From: Cyanidioschyzon merolae
Taxonomy: Eukaryota
NCBI GenBank assembly: GCA_000091205.1
Contig: AP006500.2
DNA: 64,000 nt
Reading direction: 5' to 3' (one strand)
The position numbers and the translations under genes are program-made. Below are positions 63,696-64,000 of the stretch, piece after piece; the stretch's first letter is position 1, and each line of letters opens with the position of its first letter. Below the pieces are notes generated by a model. It did no database searches, was not told the DNA's origin, and worked only from the letters and a program-made list of their open reading frames with translations.

Positions 63696-64000
63696 TTCTA
63701 TGGGAAATGACAACGCGCGTGGTGCAGGCTGCATAAGTTTTGTCTGGTGGGTGCACGCGCTGCTCTGTGCTGGGTTCCAGAGGAACCCTCATGATAACTG
63801 AGGCGCGTTCTTGTCCGCGGCCTCTGCGTGACAACGCGAAGCGCTTCCACCCGCCCGAAAGAGGCAGCACCAGAGGCGAGGCATTCGCGGCGCTAATTTT
63901 CCCTCTATGGCAGGGACACGAGGAGCTTTCACATGAACGCAATGAAATGTCGCACGATGAAACATGCAGCGTCGCTCGACCTGTGTCCGGTATGTTGCAA

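Overview
This is a GC-rich (~57%), gene-dense nuclear genome segment in which every recognisable gene reads as a single uninterrupted ORF. It belongs to a plastid-bearing eukaryote: a nuclear-encoded sigma-70 plastid sigma factor, a DnaJ-type zinc-finger (BSD2-like) protein and eukaryotic cytosolic ribosomal proteins L21e and S19e are all present. Gene density (about 1 gene per 3 kb), intron paucity and GC content resemble cyanidiophyte red algae such as Cyanidioschyzon, but this is inference only. The provided ORF track clearly accepts GTG and TTG as starts, so I re-anchored gene starts on the first in-frame ATG and give those coordinates.

Confident genes: La protein, eEFSec (selenocysteine elongation factor), a metallophosphoesterase, POP1 (RNase P/MRP subunit), AP-complex sigma subunit, an EgtB/OvoA-like DinB+FGE sulfoxide synthase, RPS19e, RPL21e, a cytochrome b5 domain protein, two tandem TALE homeobox genes, a long coiled-coil protein, mitochondrial MnSOD, a CSN2-like PCI protein, Fip1, a DCAF11-like WD40 protein, a mitochondrial carrier, the plastid sigma factor, MTHFD/FolD and the DnaJ-type Zn-finger protein.

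Non-genic structure is rich. Three unrelated minisatellite arrays (101, 111 and 112 bp units) sit in two long intergenic regions. There are several microsatellites. A near-identical 1.38 kb direct-repeat pair brackets a 16.4 kb housekeeping gene block. A roughly 590 bp dispersed repeat occurs twice. A perfect 19-bp palindrome carrying paired CCAAT boxes sits upstream of the cytochrome b5 gene.

The most interesting locus is 57360-59425 on the minus strand: a frameshift-fragmented TnpB/Fanzor-like RuvC nuclease, i.e. a eukaryotic OMEGA-type RNA-guided endonuclease family. Its RuvC-I, RuvC-II and RuvC-III catalytic motifs are all recognisable. It lies in an AT-richer block wedged against the plastid sigma-factor gene and is flanked by one copy of the dispersed repeat. 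A weaker Tc1/mariner-like DDE transposase relic lies at about 52.9-53.6 kb.
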